Below are positions 36,447 through 45,728 of a stretch of 57,446 bases of DNA, one piece after another. A model generated the notes under the pieces. That model was given only the letters and a program-made list of their open reading frames with translations. It ran no database searches and was not told the DNA's origin. This DNA is from a virus (lineage: Duplodnaviria > Caudoviricetes). The stretch's first letter is position 1; each line of letters starts with the position of its first letter. The translations under genes and the position numbers were made by a program. The DNA lies in the IMG/VR virus record IMGVR_UViG_3300021108_000002, positions 1 through 57,446 of that record. One strand, written 5' to 3'.

Positions 36447-37795
36447 AGATTTATCTTAGAACCTACAACAGCAAACATTAACATAGGTATTTCAGGATTA
36501 GTAGAAATACTAGTCTTGAAACCTATGTTTAATTTAAATCTTTTAGTAAAAGAGTAATCAAAACCAAAACCTGTAAGTATTCCCATGTCAGAAGACTCTG
36601 TAAAGGTACCATCTTTACTAAGGTATACTAAAGGACTACCTGACAAGTATATATCAGGAGATATAGATAACCGTTTACTTAGTGTAAATGGTTTAGTGTA
36701 GAATAATAAAATAGAACTAGTTAAACTAATTTGACTAGATGCATCTATCATTGGGTCCGGTTGATATGCTGCTTCAGCAAAACTTAAAGTGTAATTGACA
36801 CCAGTTACACCCCATTTACCCAATGGTTTGATATAAGCATACGTACCAAAACCAAACTTTGTACCAAAAGCATAAGCTGCTGTAAAACCAAAGTTAGATA
36901 TACCCTGAAGTTTACCTTCATCAAAATGCATTAATGTATATCTAGAACTAATAGCAAACTGTTGAAGATTGCTCCACACCATACCGGTTACTCCCCAGGA
37001 AGATTGTCCAGTCATAGAAGACCTAGACATACCACCGGTCATAATAACACTGAAACTATTATCTAGACTTTGCCCACCAGTAAAGTCAGAATTAAATAAT
37101 ATAGGATTTACCTTAGCAGGTCCCTTTGCGGCAGCTTTAGATTTAGATCCACCTGATTTAGAAGAACCTTTTGATTCTGATTTAGACTCAGACTTAGATT
37201 CTGAACTACTTGATGAAGACTCTGAACTAGATGATTCAGAACTTGAAGAACTTTCCCCGCTAGAGCTGCTGCTACTAGACTCTGAGCTCGATCCTTGAGA
37301 ATTGCTTGAACTAGAAGCAGAGCTACTAGCTGAGGAAGAAGCTGAACCTGCAGCAGAAGAACTTGCAGATGACGCTGCACTACTAGAAGCTGACGAGGCA
37401 GCCGAACTTGCTGCTGATGAAGCTGCACTAGCCGCAGCAGAAGATGCTGCCGTAGAAGCAGCCGCAGAGGCCGCAGCACTTACTGCAGCAGAAACAGCAC
37501 TGGCTGTAATCTGAGTGCTAGTTGCTGTAGCCTGAGCCACAGAACAGGGAGATAGCTTTCTATATTCTTCATAAACTTGATTAAGCCAAGAATTAAATAC
37601 GCCATTTCTAACATCAGCTGATGTAAAAATACGAGACTTATTATAAAAAACAATGACAGTGCTACCATTAAGAGGTATAACAAACGTAGAAACAACCTTA
37701 GTACAAGGGTCCACAAATGTTTGTACCAAAGTTTGAGAATACCCATAGATTGGTAGTAATACTACTATTAACAAGCTAAATATAAACTTTTTCAT
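36443..37795 (-). CDS. Secreted protein with Ser/Ala-rich linker and putative C-terminal outer-membrane beta-barrel
   Basis: Signal peptide (..YGYS/Q), about 120 aa S/A/E low-complexity tract, then alternating aromatic/Gly strands to the C-terminus. Confidence 0.6.
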   Translation of the reverse strand: MKKFIFSLLIVVLLPIYGYSQTLVQTFVDPCTKVVSTFVIPLNGSTVIVFYNKSRIFTSADVRNGVFNSWLNQVYEEYRKLSPCSVAQATATSTQITASAVSAAVSAAASAAASTAASSAAASAASSAASSAASSASSSAASSASSSAAGSASSSASSSASSSSNSQGSSSESSSSSSSGESSSSSESSSSESSSSSSESKSESKSESKGSSKSGGSKSKAAAKGPAKVNPILFNSDFTGGQSLDNSFSVIMTGGMSRSSMTGQSSWGVTGMVWSNLQQFAISSRYTLMHFDEGKLQGISNFGFTAAYAFGTKFGFGTYAYIKPLGKWGVTGVNYTLSFAEAAYQPDPMIDASSQISLTSSILLFYTKPFTLSKRLSISPDIYLSGSPLVYLSKDGTFTESSDMGILTGFGFDYSFTKRFKLNIGFKTSISTNPEIPMLMFAVVGSKINL

Positions 37796-38526
37796 TACTT
37801 ATCAAAGATTCCTTTTTTAACCATACGGTCAAGGATTCTTGCACAAGCAATATCTAGGGCTTTTTTAGTAGCTATTGAAATAGTAGATTGATTAAATTTT
37901 ACAGGGTCTAGACTAGCGTCAGATAATCCTGAAGTTTCTTTAGTACTTTTAGCTTCACCTAATCCAGATCCAGATATAACTGTACCAGTTTCTGCATTAG
38001 TAAATCTAACTTGAAGACCAATACGTGTAACTAATAGTTGTTTAGTGTCACCTTTTATATAAACAGATTCATCTTCTGATATAGAATAGTCATAGCATTC
38101 TATGGTGACAAAGTATTCTGCTAGATTAATCTTACCACGTCCGTCTAGTTTATTTTCAGAGATCCCGGCAGCGGAAGCTTGAAACTGTTTTACCATTCTG
38201 TTTTTAATCTCTGTCTTATCTTCAGTGAACTTAAACCTATTAAGGTTTTCTAAGTATTCCATAGAGATATTAGCTACACCTAATCCTACACGCTTTTCTT
38301 TAAGCTCAGGATAAAGTTCATACATCTCTTCAGAAATACCAGCTTTAAGAATCTGTATAGGAATCTGTTTACCTTCATAATCCATAAACTGACTGATGTC
38401 AATAGCTTTCTCAAAGTCTGCTTTATAGTTCTCAGTGGTAGTTTTAGCCACTTGAGAAAAACCAGCATGCCCCACTAAGAGCATGCCGGAAAGAAACATA
38501 AACCAAACAATATATTTATTTCTCAT
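37795..38526 (-). CDS. CsgG/HfaB-like protein
   Basis: Signal peptide; LENLNRFKFTE..AEYFVTIECYDYS..IGLQVRFTNAETGTVISGSG resembles the CsgG family. Confidence 0.6.
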   Translation of the reverse strand: MRNKYIVWFMFLSGMLLVGHAGFSQVAKTTTENYKADFEKAIDISQFMDYEGKQIPIQILKAGISEEMYELYPELKEKRVGLGVANISMEYLENLNRFKFTEDKTEIKNRMVKQFQASAAGISENKLDGRGKINLAEYFVTIECYDYSISEDESVYIKGDTKQLLVTRIGLQVRFTNAETGTVISGSGLGEAKSTKETSGLSDASLDPVKFNQSTISIATKKALDIACARILDRMVKKGIFDK

Positions 38527-38746
38527 AAGTTTTTAGTTTATTAGAGTACTTGTGTAGAAGCCAATACAATAGCCAGAATAGCCCTGACAAACAGTAAAAT
38601 ATGATATCTGTAACCCAAAAGCTCCCAGTAATATTTAAGAGAGTCTTGAATAAAATGTCGTATCCTAGTGGTAGAAAAAACATAGCTAGTATTAAGCTGA
38701 TGTCTTTGAGAGAATTTGCACTCCGTAGTTTTGTTCTTCTGTTCAT
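38516..38746 (-). CDS. Small 2-TM membrane protein
   Basis: 76 aa with two hydrophobic helices. Confidence 0.55.
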   Translation of the reverse strand: MNRRTKLRSANSLKDISLILAMFFLPLGYDILFKTLLNITGSFWVTDIIFYCLSGLFWLLYWLLHKYSNKLKTYEK

Positions 38747-38770
38747 CAGGCTCCATGTTAGTTAATTAAG

Positions 38771-39391
38771 TTAAACAATATCTTTTATCTTGCCACACTT
38801 AAGGCATTCTTCAATACCATCTCCATCAGCGTCACCCCAAACGTGCTCACACTGACGGTGTGCAAAATACTCATCAATCTTACCATCACCATCAAAATCT
38901 AGACCGTCCATAACACCGTCTCCATCTTCATCAATTTCTACACCTTTTTTAACTGGTGCAGCAACTGGAGCTTCAGGTTTAACTTCTTCTTCTTTAGAAG
39001 CTTGTGATTGAGCATTAGCTCTATCAGCAGCAGCTAAAAAAGCAGGATCTACTAACGGTGTATGATCTTTAGGTGACTCTTTCATATCATTAGTATGACT
39101 TAGAGTGACACCATCTTCTTCATCCATTTTCTGTACTAACATTTTATCTTTGTCTGTATCAGAAAACCAGTAATCAATGATTTTACCATAAGAGCCAATA
39201 AAAGCTCCTAGTAATAATAATAATAGTTCTTTCCATTCTCCTGCAATAGCAGTGCCATATGTAATAGCAGTAAAAATACCTGCTATAATAAGCATGAATG
39301 AACCTAGTACTAACGCTGTAATAAACCAGCGTCTTTGCATCATGTCTGCTAGTAATTGTTTAAAACCACTAGCTTGTGTGTTGTTTTCCAT
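38771..39391 (-). CDS. 2-TM membrane protein with DxDGDG Ca-binding repeats and terminal CxH..CxxC
   Basis: DEDGDG, DFDGDG, DADGDG; CEH...CLKC. Confidence 0.65.
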   Translation of the reverse strand: MENNTQASGFKQLLADMMQRRWFITALVLGSFMLIIAGIFTAITYGTAIAGEWKELLLLLLGAFIGSYGKIIDYWFSDTDKDKMLVQKMDEEDGVTLSHTNDMKESPKDHTPLVDPAFLAAADRANAQSQASKEEEVKPEAPVAAPVKKGVEIDEDGDGVMDGLDFDGDGKIDEYFAHRQCEHVWGDADGDGIEECLKCGKIKDIV

Positions 39392-39410
39392 CTTTATATT
39401 TGTTTAATAA

Positions 39411-39725
39411 TTACCACTTAGGATCTGCTTCCTTAAACTCATCACCTTCTTTTTTCTTAACCGGCTTAGCTGGTTCTTTAACAGTTTCTTTTTCTTTAAT
39501 GATAACTGTTTTACCACCACCTGCAGCTTGAGACTGTTGGTTTGAGTTAGTAATATTAATTACTGGAGCTGCTTGTTGTACAGGAGCTGGTTCATCACCT
39601 CCACCTGTAAGTTGGGTTATACCCCAAGTTCCTAATCCCATAACTGCTGTAGTGATTACACCAATAATGGTTTTCTTTAATCCGGAAAATGTTCCGTCAT
39701 TTGCACTTTCTACTTCTTCTGACAT
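39411..39725 (-). CDS. Single-pass membrane protein
   Basis: 104 aa, one TM then Pro/Lys-rich tail. Confidence 0.6.
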   Translation of the reverse strand: MSEEVESANDGTFSGLKKTIIGVITTAVMGLGTWGITQLTGGGDEPAPVQQAAPVINITNSNQQSQAAGGGKTVIIKEKETVKEPAKPVKKKEGDEFKEADPKW

Positions 39726-39731
39726 GATATT

Positions 39732-40112
39732 TTATTTTATAATTATTGGATACTTAACTTCTTTACCATTTACGTCTATAAAAATAAGATCATAATCTTG
39801 TTTGGCCAAACCAGTCAAGTTATATACCTTTTTAGTTATAGAATCTGTAGCTGTAAAGCCTTCTTTTTTAACTGGTTCTTCTTTACCAAATGGTACAATC
39901 TGTACAGAGTATTTAGCTCCTTCAGTTGTATTAAACTCAGCAGTAACAATGTTACCATTTTGACTAATAGACTTAATCTTTGTAGACAATGAGAAAGTAC
40001 CTAAATTAATAGGTGGTGCTGGTTCTGGTAGTTCCATCTTAGTACAAGAGTATATTACGAATATGCCCATGATTATCAAGTAGATGGCTAATATTTTATT
40101 TGTTTCTTTCAT
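39732..40112 (-). CDS. Lipoprotein with T9SS C-terminal-domain-like region
   Basis: IYSC lipobox; YNLTGLAKQDYDLIFIDVNGKEVKYPIIIK resembles a type A Por CTD. Confidence 0.5.
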   Translation of the reverse strand: MKETNKILAIYLIIMGIFVIYSCTKMELPEPAPPINLGTFSLSTKIKSISQNGNIVTAEFNTTEGAKYSVQIVPFGKEEPVKKEGFTATDSITKKVYNLTGLAKQDYDLIFIDVNGKEVKYPIIIK

Positions 40113-40113
40113 T

Positions 40114-42249
40114 TTAAAAGTTATTATAACCGGTTAACTTAATTTGTGTAGAGTTAAGACTTATTCCTAACTGATTTCCTTTAGAATCTGCAGCATCCAT
40201 AAGTTGACTAACTTTTACAGATGTAAGAATATCTACTCCTTGACCTATTGTAGTAAACTTAAGTTTAAAAGGAACCTTCACTCCAGATATAGCTTCTGAA
40301 TTATTCTTATCCAAGGCACCAAACTTAACTCTGCCGTCCTTAGATTTTGCAAACACATACCATGTATTTGGTACATTGGTTAACAGCTCTTCAAACTTGA
40401 TTTTAGTTGGATCATAAGTAAATTCAAACTGTAATCCAGTAACAGATACTCCTCTAGTATCTATACTTACTGGGATCTCAATAGTATTAGATGTAACTGT
40501 AAGATTATTAAGGTTAACTTCAATTTCTTTTACACTAGTTGGTGCTGAAATAGAGTTACCAGTTGTATTAGCTTGTATAGACATTGTTCTAAATGCACTA
40601 TTAGTAACTAAACTATTAACAGCATTTGTTTGTACAGTAGCAGTACCTCCTGAACTAGTGATCACTTGAGAAGAGTGAGATCTGTTTACATCACCCCATA
40701 AAAGATATTTCAGATCTAAAATAGCATTAGTACCAGGAGTTCCAGTCTTAAAGAAAGTTTTTGGCACAGTAATATTCTTCCAGTTAGCTGCAGTGATGGC
40801 TCCCCAAGATGCATTTACAGAGCTATTAAACTCAAACTCAGCTCTTAAAGAATAATCAACATTCTGATCGTTAACATTACGTATAGAAGATACATATAAA
40901 GACGTACCATCTTTTGCTTTAACAAGTGTAGAAGGTACAGTGTATTGGGCCCAAGTTCCATCTTGAGAAACATATTCAATAGGTCCTGTATAGATATCAA
41001 AAAGCTGTACACTTTTAATAGTATTAGGTGCTACACCACTAGCAAACTCTCTCATATCAATACGAAGAGTACTAGAAGATGTGCCTGGAGTAACATAAGC
41101 CCATTCAACTTGGCCAGCAAGTGTAGTTGCATCAGAAGCATTCCATGTAGGAAGAGACATATAACCTCCAGTTCCTGCTGTATAACCACTAGGGAGCATA
41201 AACAATGTATCTATACCTGCCACTTGTGCAAGCAATTGGGGAAGATCTCCACCATCTATCGTTTTATTACGATTAATGTCTGCGGCATATAATGACTGTC
41301 CAGTTTTGATACTTTGGCCATTAGATCCGTCCAGTCCCATTGAAGTAAATTCACCCTGAGCTGTAGTAAAATCAGATATAGTGATTGCATTACCATATAT
41401 AGTATACAACTTATCCATATCGTGCATTACAGTAACCTCATACACTTTATTATTTGCTAAAGAAGCTTGATTAATATCAACCTCTCCTGTAGAAGTAATG
41501 GGAAATAATACCCCTGTATTAGTAAGAGTATCTCTAAAAGAAACTCTTAAGTTAGATAGATTAAATAAATTAGAGTTTAGATCAACCTTAGCAGATACAT
41601 ACTTACCATAGTTTTGGTTCATAGTAACTGCAGTGGATAAAGGAGCTTCCATTGTAGTAGCATCATAGACACCATTAGCTGTCCAACCAGCTACAAAGTT
41701 TAACTTAATAGGATTAAATGTATATGCTGTAGAAGCAGCTTTAAGTCTAAACTTAATCTTAATTAAATCACTATAACTACTATAAGGCATAGCTGAATTA
41801 GTAGCCCATGATAGAGTAGTTCTTAAAATAGCATTAAGTCCACCTGCACCATTAAAAGTATAATTGGCGTATTGATAATTAGTAGTACCGTTACTAGTAT
41901 TATTAGCTGCTGACCCAGAAGTTATTGAGTTCCAAGTGTAGTTAGGATAGTTATAATATGATAACTGAATATTAGAACCTTGTGGAAGAATGCCACCATT
42001 ACCCCCGGTACCAGTGTGAGCTACAGATACAATCTCAAAATTCACATGATCATACATGATATCAAATAACAACTGACGTGTTGTGTTGTTATTCATACCA
42101 TTACCATAAATGATATAATCAAAAGTTTCTCCTCTGTTAAGAGAAGAACCTCCAATAGATGTAGCAGCTTTAAACTTAATCTGACCATAAGAAAGTGTCG
42201 TGATAACACAAAAAAATGTCACAAAAAGAGACGTAATAAGTTTATTCAT
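40114..42249 (-). CDS. Secreted cohesin/dockerin-like domain protein
   Basis: Signal peptide; cohesin-like ends (IEIPVSID..GLQFEFTYDPTKIKF); dockerin-like ADINRNKTIDGGD. Confidence 0.65.
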   Translation of the reverse strand: MNKLITSLFVTFFCVITTLSYGQIKFKAATSIGGSSLNRGETFDYIIYGNGMNNNTTRQLLFDIMYDHVNFEIVSVAHTGTGGNGGILPQGSNIQLSYYNYPNYTWNSITSGSAANNTSNGTTNYQYANYTFNGAGGLNAILRTTLSWATNSAMPYSSYSDLIKIKFRLKAASTAYTFNPIKLNFVAGWTANGVYDATTMEAPLSTAVTMNQNYGKYVSAKVDLNSNLFNLSNLRVSFRDTLTNTGVLFPITSTGEVDINQASLANNKVYEVTVMHDMDKLYTIYGNAITISDFTTAQGEFTSMGLDGSNGQSIKTGQSLYAADINRNKTIDGGDLPQLLAQVAGIDTLFMLPSGYTAGTGGYMSLPTWNASDATTLAGQVEWAYVTPGTSSSTLRIDMREFASGVAPNTIKSVQLFDIYTGPIEYVSQDGTWAQYTVPSTLVKAKDGTSLYVSSIRNVNDQNVDYSLRAEFEFNSSVNASWGAITAANWKNITVPKTFFKTGTPGTNAILDLKYLLWGDVNRSHSSQVITSSGGTATVQTNAVNSLVTNSAFRTMSIQANTTGNSISAPTSVKEIEVNLNNLTVTSNTIEIPVSIDTRGVSVTGLQFEFTYDPTKIKFEELLTNVPNTWYVFAKSKDGRVKFGALDKNNSEAISGVKVPFKLKFTTIGQGVDILTSVKVSQLMDAADSKGNQLGISLNSTQIKLTGYNNF

Positions 42250-42893
42250 TATAATAGTTTATTTACCAATGAAACAGAAGCTTTCTTTAGAGCTGAACTT
42301 AAATTTTGTTGGTTAAACTTACCACCTTCGTCTACTAGTAAAGCAGACATGCTAACCTCATCAGCAGATTCCTCAACAGTTATTTTCTTCTCAAGTTTAC
42401 CATCTTTGTATAGGTATCCTCTAAGTCTAATAACAACTGATTCTTTATTATTATGTAATACTGAAAAACTAGATTGTGTTTTTAATACATCTAGATATAT
42501 TATCTCTGCTGTAATTTTAAGACTAGCAGCTGTATCTAGTTCATAATCTTTTTCTTGAACTACCTCTTCTAAAATATTCTTTAAGCCAAACTCTAGATTT
42601 CTATTACCGGCTAAAGACCCAACAACGACTTTATTACTTACAGAAGATATATTTATCTTTTTAGGTTCTTCATACCAAATATTATTTGGATTATTTTTAA
42701 ACGTACCATCAATTCTCCATTCAATCCAGTTAGAAATAGCCAAAGTCTTTTCTTCATCTCCTAAGAAATGTAGATATAGCATATAACTTTGAAAAGATAA
42801 TGCAAATACTATCCATAGTCCAGCAAAGACTATAAAGGCTTTACCTATAAGGTCAAAAATCCTTTGGCCATAATTAATTACAAGTGCTCTCAT
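42249..42893 (-). CDS. Membrane-anchored protein, possible CsgG/LptE-like fold
   Basis: 214 aa, N-terminal TM, FGLKNILEE..ITAEIIYLD..SALKKA. Confidence 0.45.
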   Translation of the reverse strand: MRALVINYGQRIFDLIGKAFIVFAGLWIVFALSFQSYMLYLHFLGDEEKTLAISNWIEWRIDGTFKNNPNNIWYEEPKKINISSVSNKVVVGSLAGNRNLEFGLKNILEEVVQEKDYELDTAASLKITAEIIYLDVLKTQSSFSVLHNNKESVVIRLRGYLYKDGKLEKKITVEESADEVSMSALLVDEGGKFNQQNLSSALKKASVSLVNKLL

Positions 42894-42925
42894 ATATTTA
42901 TATATTAAAGAGAGCTAAGTAAGTA

Positions 42926-43051
42926 TTACCTTCCTTGCCCCCTATATTTACTAACTTTTTTAGCTTTAGGACCACTACTTTTACGTAAACGTCCTGTTTT
43001 TCTTTTTCCAAAAGTGACTTTTTTTGAGTCACCTGCTTTAACTTTAGCCAT
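42926..43051 (-). CDS. Small basic protein, 41 aa (not in track)
   Basis: MAKVKAGDSKKVTFGKRKTGRLRKSSGPKAKKVSKYRGQGR. Confidence 0.7.
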   Translation of the reverse strand: MAKVKAGDSKKVTFGKRKTGRLRKSSGPKAKKVSKYRGQGR

Positions 43052-43061
43052 TGCTTAGTTT

Positions 43062-44102
43062 TTATGTAAATGAAGTTGATAAAGCTGTTGCTACTAATGT
43101 TGGACTAGCTGTTTTAGCAGTATTAGATCCTGGGTAAAACGAAAGGTATTGGTATAATAAAATAGTTGTTGCTACACCATATACAGCTTTACCTGTTGTA
43201 ACTCCTGAAGCATTGATATTAAATAAACAATTACCAACAGTAGCTATAGATCCTGAAACATTTAATGCAATACCATGTCCATTAACTTTAGTATTACTAA
43301 TAATAGATCTTGTAACAATAATAGTTCCTCCATACACTTCAATTGCTGCATCTCCAGTAGCATCTATTTCAGAGCTATCTAGAGTTACAACAGCTGTTGC
43401 CCCCACTCTAACAACTTGTACGTTAGACCCACTAGTTTCAATATCTGTCATGTAACATCCACCAGTTCTAGCATCTACACAATATACATCTCCTGTACCA
43501 CTATGAGTTAAGTGAGCATCGTTTAAGTGTAATGTGCTTCCTGATCCTGAGTTGTCTATATAAATACCAGAACCTGTAGTTCCAGATGCATCTACCCAAA
43601 TGTCTTTTAAGAATACTTTCTGAGGATTAGTTCCTGTAGAATAGATACCCTTACCATTAGATGGTGCAATGATTCTTACATTAGCCATCATAAAATGGTT
43701 TTCAAATGTAGAACTAGCACTACCATTAAATGTAATAGTACCAGTAATATTATAAGAACCATGTGTTCCTGATCCAATACTAGTTAACCAAATACCACCT
43801 TGTGTAAAAGTTACATTTTCAGTAATGTTACTTAACAATACTATAAATGCAGGATTGCTATCATTATAACCTGAAGCTACTGCTGCATTATATGCATCTG
43901 TTATAGTATTAAAAGGAGTTAAAATATTACCTGTTCGGTTATATCCTTCACTTGTTCTTGTACCATCAACATATATAGTTGATTTTGTACTCTTATTTAA
44001 ATCAACATTACCATCTATAATGGTATTTACTGAAAGTCTAAACTCTGTTGAATTAAAAAGTTTTTTTACGGGTTGTCCTACATACTGTATTAAATTTTTC
44101 AT
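43062..44102 (-). CDS. Pectate-lyase-like beta-helix protein (tailspike/depolymerase-like)
   Basis: IYVDG..TGNILTPFNTITDA cap motif followed by parallel beta-helix-like repeats. Confidence 0.6.
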   Translation of the reverse strand: MKNLIQYVGQPVKKLFNSTEFRLSVNTIIDGNVDLNKSTKSTIYVDGTRTSEGYNRTGNILTPFNTITDAYNAAVASGYNDSNPAFIVLLSNITENVTFTQGGIWLTSIGSGTHGSYNITGTITFNGSASSTFENHFMMANVRIIAPSNGKGIYSTGTNPQKVFLKDIWVDASGTTGSGIYIDNSGSGSTLHLNDAHLTHSGTGDVYCVDARTGGCYMTDIETSGSNVQVVRVGATAVVTLDSSEIDATGDAAIEVYGGTIIVTRSIISNTKVNGHGIALNVSGSIATVGNCLFNINASGVTTGKAVYGVATTILLYQYLSFYPGSNTAKTASPTLVATALSTSFT

Positions 44103-44110
44103 ATTTGCTT

Positions 44111-44710
44111 TTAAGTTATTAATTCATAGAATTCCTTAAAATGCTTAATACGATCTGGTAATCCAATAGTACCGCCATTAACACGTTTAGTAATTTTAGT
44201 TACTACTTCTGCACTAGATCCTGTATCAGCAATTAGACTTAATCCATTCTTTTTCCAGAACCAAGCAGCAGAAGATAATGCATGCTTAGAAGATACTAAA
44301 TCTGGATTAGCAAGAATATCATCTTCTACAGCTAGATCAAATGCTGTATAGTTTTGTTTACCAGTTAACTGGATATAACCACGTCCACGGAATTTATATC
44401 CTTCACCTGAAGCTTCTAAACCGTTACCCATACGACCACCATAAACTTTGTTAGCAATCTTTTGTGGTTGACGAGCATATGCATTAGCTAATGCTTCTGT
44501 AGGAAAGTATTTCTTGAATGTACCCATAAGACCCTTAGCTGAATAGTTAAGATTCTCTTGAGTTAATCTAAATCCACCTGATTCATGACCACACTGAGCT
44601 AAAAAATGAGCCAATCTTAATGGTGTATTAACACCAAAGTTTTCCATTACACCAGGGATCTGTGCAATAACAGTATCCGGGATGTGTCCTTTTAGTTTTT
44701 CTAAGTTCAT
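44111..44710 (-). CDS. Endolysin, glycoside hydrolase family 19
   Basis: AHFLAQCGHESGG, ENLNYS, FRGRGYIQLTG and VNGGTIGL motifs. Confidence 0.92.
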   Translation of the reverse strand: MNLEKLKGHIPDTVIAQIPGVMENFGVNTPLRLAHFLAQCGHESGGFRLTQENLNYSAKGLMGTFKKYFPTEALANAYARQPQKIANKVYGGRMGNGLEASGEGYKFRGRGYIQLTGKQNYTAFDLAVEDDILANPDLVSSKHALSSAAWFWKKNGLSLIADTGSSAEVVTKITKRVNGGTIGLPDRIKHFKEFYELIT

Positions 44711-44724
44711 ATATAGTGTGTTTA

Positions 44725-44865
44725 TTACTTCTTCTTACTAACACCACCAGTCTTAATCTTTACTGATGTTTTCTTAACTTCTTTAACAACTTGAGCAGCA
44801 GCAACTGCTTTCTGAACTTTAGTTCCAAATAAAAACTTCTTAACTAATTCAATAATCTTTTTCAT
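44725..44865 (-). CDS. Small basic amphipathic protein (46 aa)
   Basis: MKKIIELVKKFLFGTKV..., in lysis module. Confidence 0.55.
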   Translation of the reverse strand: MKKIIELVKKFLFGTKVQKAVAAAQVVKEVKKTSVKIKTGGVSKKK

Positions 44866-44866
44866 A

Positions 44867-45493
44867 TTATTTATTTTTTTTACCGATTTTCCAGTATGTT
44901 TGGAAACCGTAAGATATGTTACCATTTATATCAGATCCGGCTTTAAGTCCGTAGATCTTATCAGTTTTAGTCTTTAGAATAACTCCTGCTTCTGCAGAAT
45001 GTAATCCTAATGTTTGTGTTGTATTAACACCACCCCCAACATACAATTGTGTCTTAGCTGGAGCTTGGTTAGTAATTGTTACCGTTTTGGTAACAAAAGG
45101 TATTTTATAATTATACTTCCAGGATCTTCCTTTGATACCGTTTTCTTGAATTGTATCTGTCACTGTAACATAGCCTAGTGTATCTAGCTTTACGCTGTCT
45201 ACATAAATAGCTAATGCTGTATATTTTCTAACAAGATCATCAAACTGCACCTTTAGAGCAGCATAATTAGTATCAGCTAAATATTCTGTTTTACCCTCAA
45301 TAAATAAACTGTCATGAATAATCTTAGCCGGCTTAGGTTTAGAAAAAATCAAACTATCTCTAACTGACCAAGTGGTATCATGTACTACAAGAGTATCAGA
45401 CCCAGATCTAACGCCTCCGCCTACACAACCTTTATTCTGTAAAAGAACAAAGACTACTAGTACACCTATAATGAAAAAATATATCTTATTCAT
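44867..45493 (-). CDS. Putative spanin-like lysis protein
   Basis: N-terminal hydrophobic segment, DT/DS-rich repeats, beta-rich C-terminus; between holin-like and endolysin genes. Confidence 0.5.
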   Translation of the reverse strand: MNKIYFFIIGVLVVFVLLQNKGCVGGGVRSGSDTLVVHDTTWSVRDSLIFSKPKPAKIIHDSLFIEGKTEYLADTNYAALKVQFDDLVRKYTALAIYVDSVKLDTLGYVTVTDTIQENGIKGRSWKYNYKIPFVTKTVTITNQAPAKTQLYVGGGVNTTQTLGLHSAEAGVILKTKTDKIYGLKAGSDINGNISYGFQTYWKIGKKNK

Positions 45494-45728
45494 CTACCTT
45501 CTTTTTAAATGAGAACTTATCACCCGTGTCACCAATCAATGCTGCTATACAGATGTACATTACAGCGTCAACTAAAGCGTCCGAAGGTTTAACATCACCA
45601 TGAGAAAAGCTATTAGCTGTTAGTGTTATACATAGAAACAATGCACACATAAAACCTACTACTGGTTTAATAGAAGTGGAACCACGTTCATCTTTAAAAA
45701 GATCTAGAGCCCATTGTTTAAAAGTCAT
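45486..45728 (-). CDS. Putative holin
   Basis: 80 aa, 2 TM, charged C-terminus, upstream of endolysin. Confidence 0.6.
   Translation of the reverse strand: MTFKQWALDLFKDERGSTSIKPVVGFMCALFLCITLTANSFSHGDVKPSDALVDAVMYICIAALIGDTGDKFSFKKKVDE

Noticed and set aside
36969-37746. Alternative-frame ORFs and apparent repeat array in the Ser/Ala tract
   Set aside because: By-products of low-complexity coding; no constant repeat-spacer structure, so not CRISPR.
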